64,000 nucleotides of DNA from assembly GCA_034723545.1 (NCBI GenBank), contig JAYEPA010000110.1, positions 1,242 through 65,241 of the forward strand. The letters run 5' to 3'. The position numbers and the translations under genes are program-made. Position 1 is the first letter of the stretch. Every line of letters starts with the position of its first letter. The notes beneath the pieces are model-generated. The model did not search any database and was not told where the DNA came from. It saw nothing but the letters and a program-made list of their open reading frames with translations. The stretch comes from Thermodesulfobacteriota bacterium. Its GTDB lineage: Bacteria; Desulfobacterota; Desulfobulbia; Desulfobulbales; SURF-16. Shown here one piece after another: positions 62,640-64,000 of the stretch.

Positions 62640-64000
62640 ATGAAATCGGGTAGTCGATTAGAGCGTATTTTGACCGCTGGAAAATTTGCGGTTACTGGTG
62701 AACTTGGGCCGCCGAAAAATGGCGACTCCGAGGTGGTGCGTGAAAAAGCCCGCACTCTCAAAGGATATGTCGATGCAGTCAATATTACCGACTGCCAGAC
62801 AGCCATTGTCCGAATGTCATCCATTGGTGCCGGGCTTATTGCCCAGCAGGAGGGCGTTGAACCTGTTATTCAGATGACCTGTCGTGACCGGAATCGAATC
62901 TCCATGCAGAGTGATCTTCTCGGAGCCTCGGCCCTGGGATTGAAAAACCTGCTCTGTCTCACAGGTGATCATCAGAAATTCGGCAACCATCCCGGTTCCA
63001 AGGGCGTTTTTGACATGGATTCCATCCAGATGCTCGGCATGGTCAAATCCATGCGGGATGACAAGAAATTTCAGTGCGGTGAAGAGATTAAAACGGCTGA
63101 GCCTCATTTTTTTCTTGGCTGTGCTGCGAATCCCTTTGCCTATCCGTTTGAATACAGGGCAGCAAGACTGGCTAAAAAAGTAACCAACGGCGCCGACTTT
63201 GTCCAAACCCAGATCATTTATAATGTAGAAAAGTTCGCCAAATTTATGGAAATGGCCCGAGATCTCGGCCTCCATGAAAAAGTTCATATTCTTGCCGGCG
63301 TAACACCGCCGAAATCACTTGGCATGGCTCGCTACATGAAAAAATTTGTGCCGGGCATGGATGTCACCGATGATGTACTGCAACGAATGCAGGATGCCAA
63401 AGACAAACAGGATGAAGGTATCAATATCTGTGTCGATATCATCAACCAGGTCAAGGAAATAGAAGGTGTTTCCGGTGTCCATATCATGGCCATTGAGTGG
63501 GAGACTGCTGTTCCGGAAATCGTTAAACGAGCCGGAATTGAAGAACGTCCCGTCCTTGAAGACGAACCTGTTGTTGTGGTCGAAAAGGCAGCGAAACAAA
63601 CCATAGAGGTTCGACCGACTGAGACTGGAGAAACTGTTGCTGATCGTGATGAAATTCTTGCCCAGGCAAAGGCCGAGGCTGAAAAAATTATAGCTGCAGC
63701 GAAGGATGAAATTGCCGGACTACGGGATCGGGCAGCACAGCAGCCTGTAACGGCAGTACCCGGGGCTGAGCAGGAAACCATAGAACTTGATGATGCAGGA
63801 GAACATGAGATGAATGAAAAAGAACGCCAAGTGGCGTTAGAGTCTGTTCGCATGGGTCTTGACTCTCTTAAAAAAGCCTTTGGCCTGTCAGACGATCAAT
63901 TTGAGGCACTTTCGAACTTTGCCGGTGCTGAAGCTGTGTTGAAAAAAGAACCGCAAGTATCATCAGCCGCTCCGGCAGCACCGGCACCAGCACCGGTCGT
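62640..64000 (+). CDS. metF: Methylenetetrahydrofolate reductase (acetogen/SRB type) with a long C-terminal extension; 3' end outside the window
   Basis: My own translation reads MKSGSRLERILTAGKFAVTGELGPPKNG...ITDCQTAIVRMS...QMTCRDRNR...GADFVQTQIIYN...GVHIMAIEW. After about aa 300 comes a coiled-coil/Ala-Pro-rich tail (DEILAQAKAEAEKIIAAAKDEIAGL...AAPAAPAPAPV) still open at nt 64000. This ORF is not listed in the ORF track because it runs off the end. Confidence 0.85.
   Translation, partial: MKSGSRLERILTAGKFAVTGELGPPKNGDSEVVREKARTLKGYVDAVNITDCQTAIVRMSSIGAGLIAQQEGVEPVIQMTCRDRNRISMQSDLLGASALGLKNLLCLTGDHQKFGNHPGSKGVFDMDSIQMLGMVKSMRDDKKFQCGEEIKTAEPHFFLGCAANPFAYPFEYRAARLAKKVTNGADFVQTQIIYNVEKFAKFMEMARDLGLHEKVHILAGVTPPKSLGMARYMKKFVPGMDVTDDVLQRMQDAKDKQDEGINICVDIINQVKEIEGVSGVHIMAIEWETAVPEIVKRAGIEERPVLEDEPVVVVEKAAKQTIEVRPTETGETVADRDEILAQAKAEAEKIIAAAKDEIAGLRDRAAQQPVTAVPGAEQETIELDDAGEHEMNEKERQVALESVRMGLDSLKKAFGLSDDQFEALSNFAGAEAVLKKEPQVSSAAPAAPAPAPV

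Overview
This 64-kb chromosomal window reads like a strictly anaerobic Desulfobacterota-type (deltaproteobacterial) genome. That placement is inferred from gene content only. All product calls come from motif and pattern recognition by eye on the supplied translations, with no database search, and start codons are approximate.

I support about 51 protein-coding genes, 2 tRNAs (Ser-GGA, Thr-CGT) and an SRP/4.5S RNA. I saw no rRNA, CRISPR array, prophage, integrase or transposase gene.

Gene content, left to right:
- An MglA-type GTPase cluster: HAMP protein, PhnD-like binding protein, PATAN-like proteins, two Roadblock proteins, mglA and a hyper-acidic protein.
- YcaO-TPR, an atypical radical-SAM enzyme and a thioredoxin-fold protein.
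- A single ORF fusing an endonuclease-Q-like PHP nuclease to a UvrD-type helicase.
- trxB-like, tadA, tRNA-Ser, ffs, dnaX, ybaB, recR.
- fetAB, a DEAD-box helicase, tRNA-Thr, a PP-loop ATPase overlapping recN, an M48/TPR protease and a hydantoinase-A-family gene.
- An interleaved transporter/enzyme operon, livH-iorA-iorB-livM-livG-livF::paaK-binding protein.
- A CPA2 antiporter, an M23 peptidase plus bactofilin, and a multicopper oxidase fused to a CopB-like barrel.
- A PEP-CTERM protein with a consensus sigma-54 promoter.
- A MoeA-like plus FmdE pair, uvrC, nifU, nifS, thyX.
- A Wood-Ljungdahl methyl-branch cluster, fhs-(pilB-like ATPase with a cNMP domain)-folD-cooS-metF.

I found no classical defence or mobile island. 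The best candidates for novelty are four domain fusions (EndoQ-UvrD, LivF-PaaK, CopA-CopB, PilB-cNMP), the YcaO/radical-SAM neighbourhood, and the sensor-fed MglA module.

The non-coding DNA is also unusual. Almost every intergenic gap holds a hairpin repeat. One family has GTAA...TTAC termini and perfect 8-bp target-site duplications, including a nested insertion at the livM/livG junction. That points to recently active non-autonomous (IS66-like) elements.
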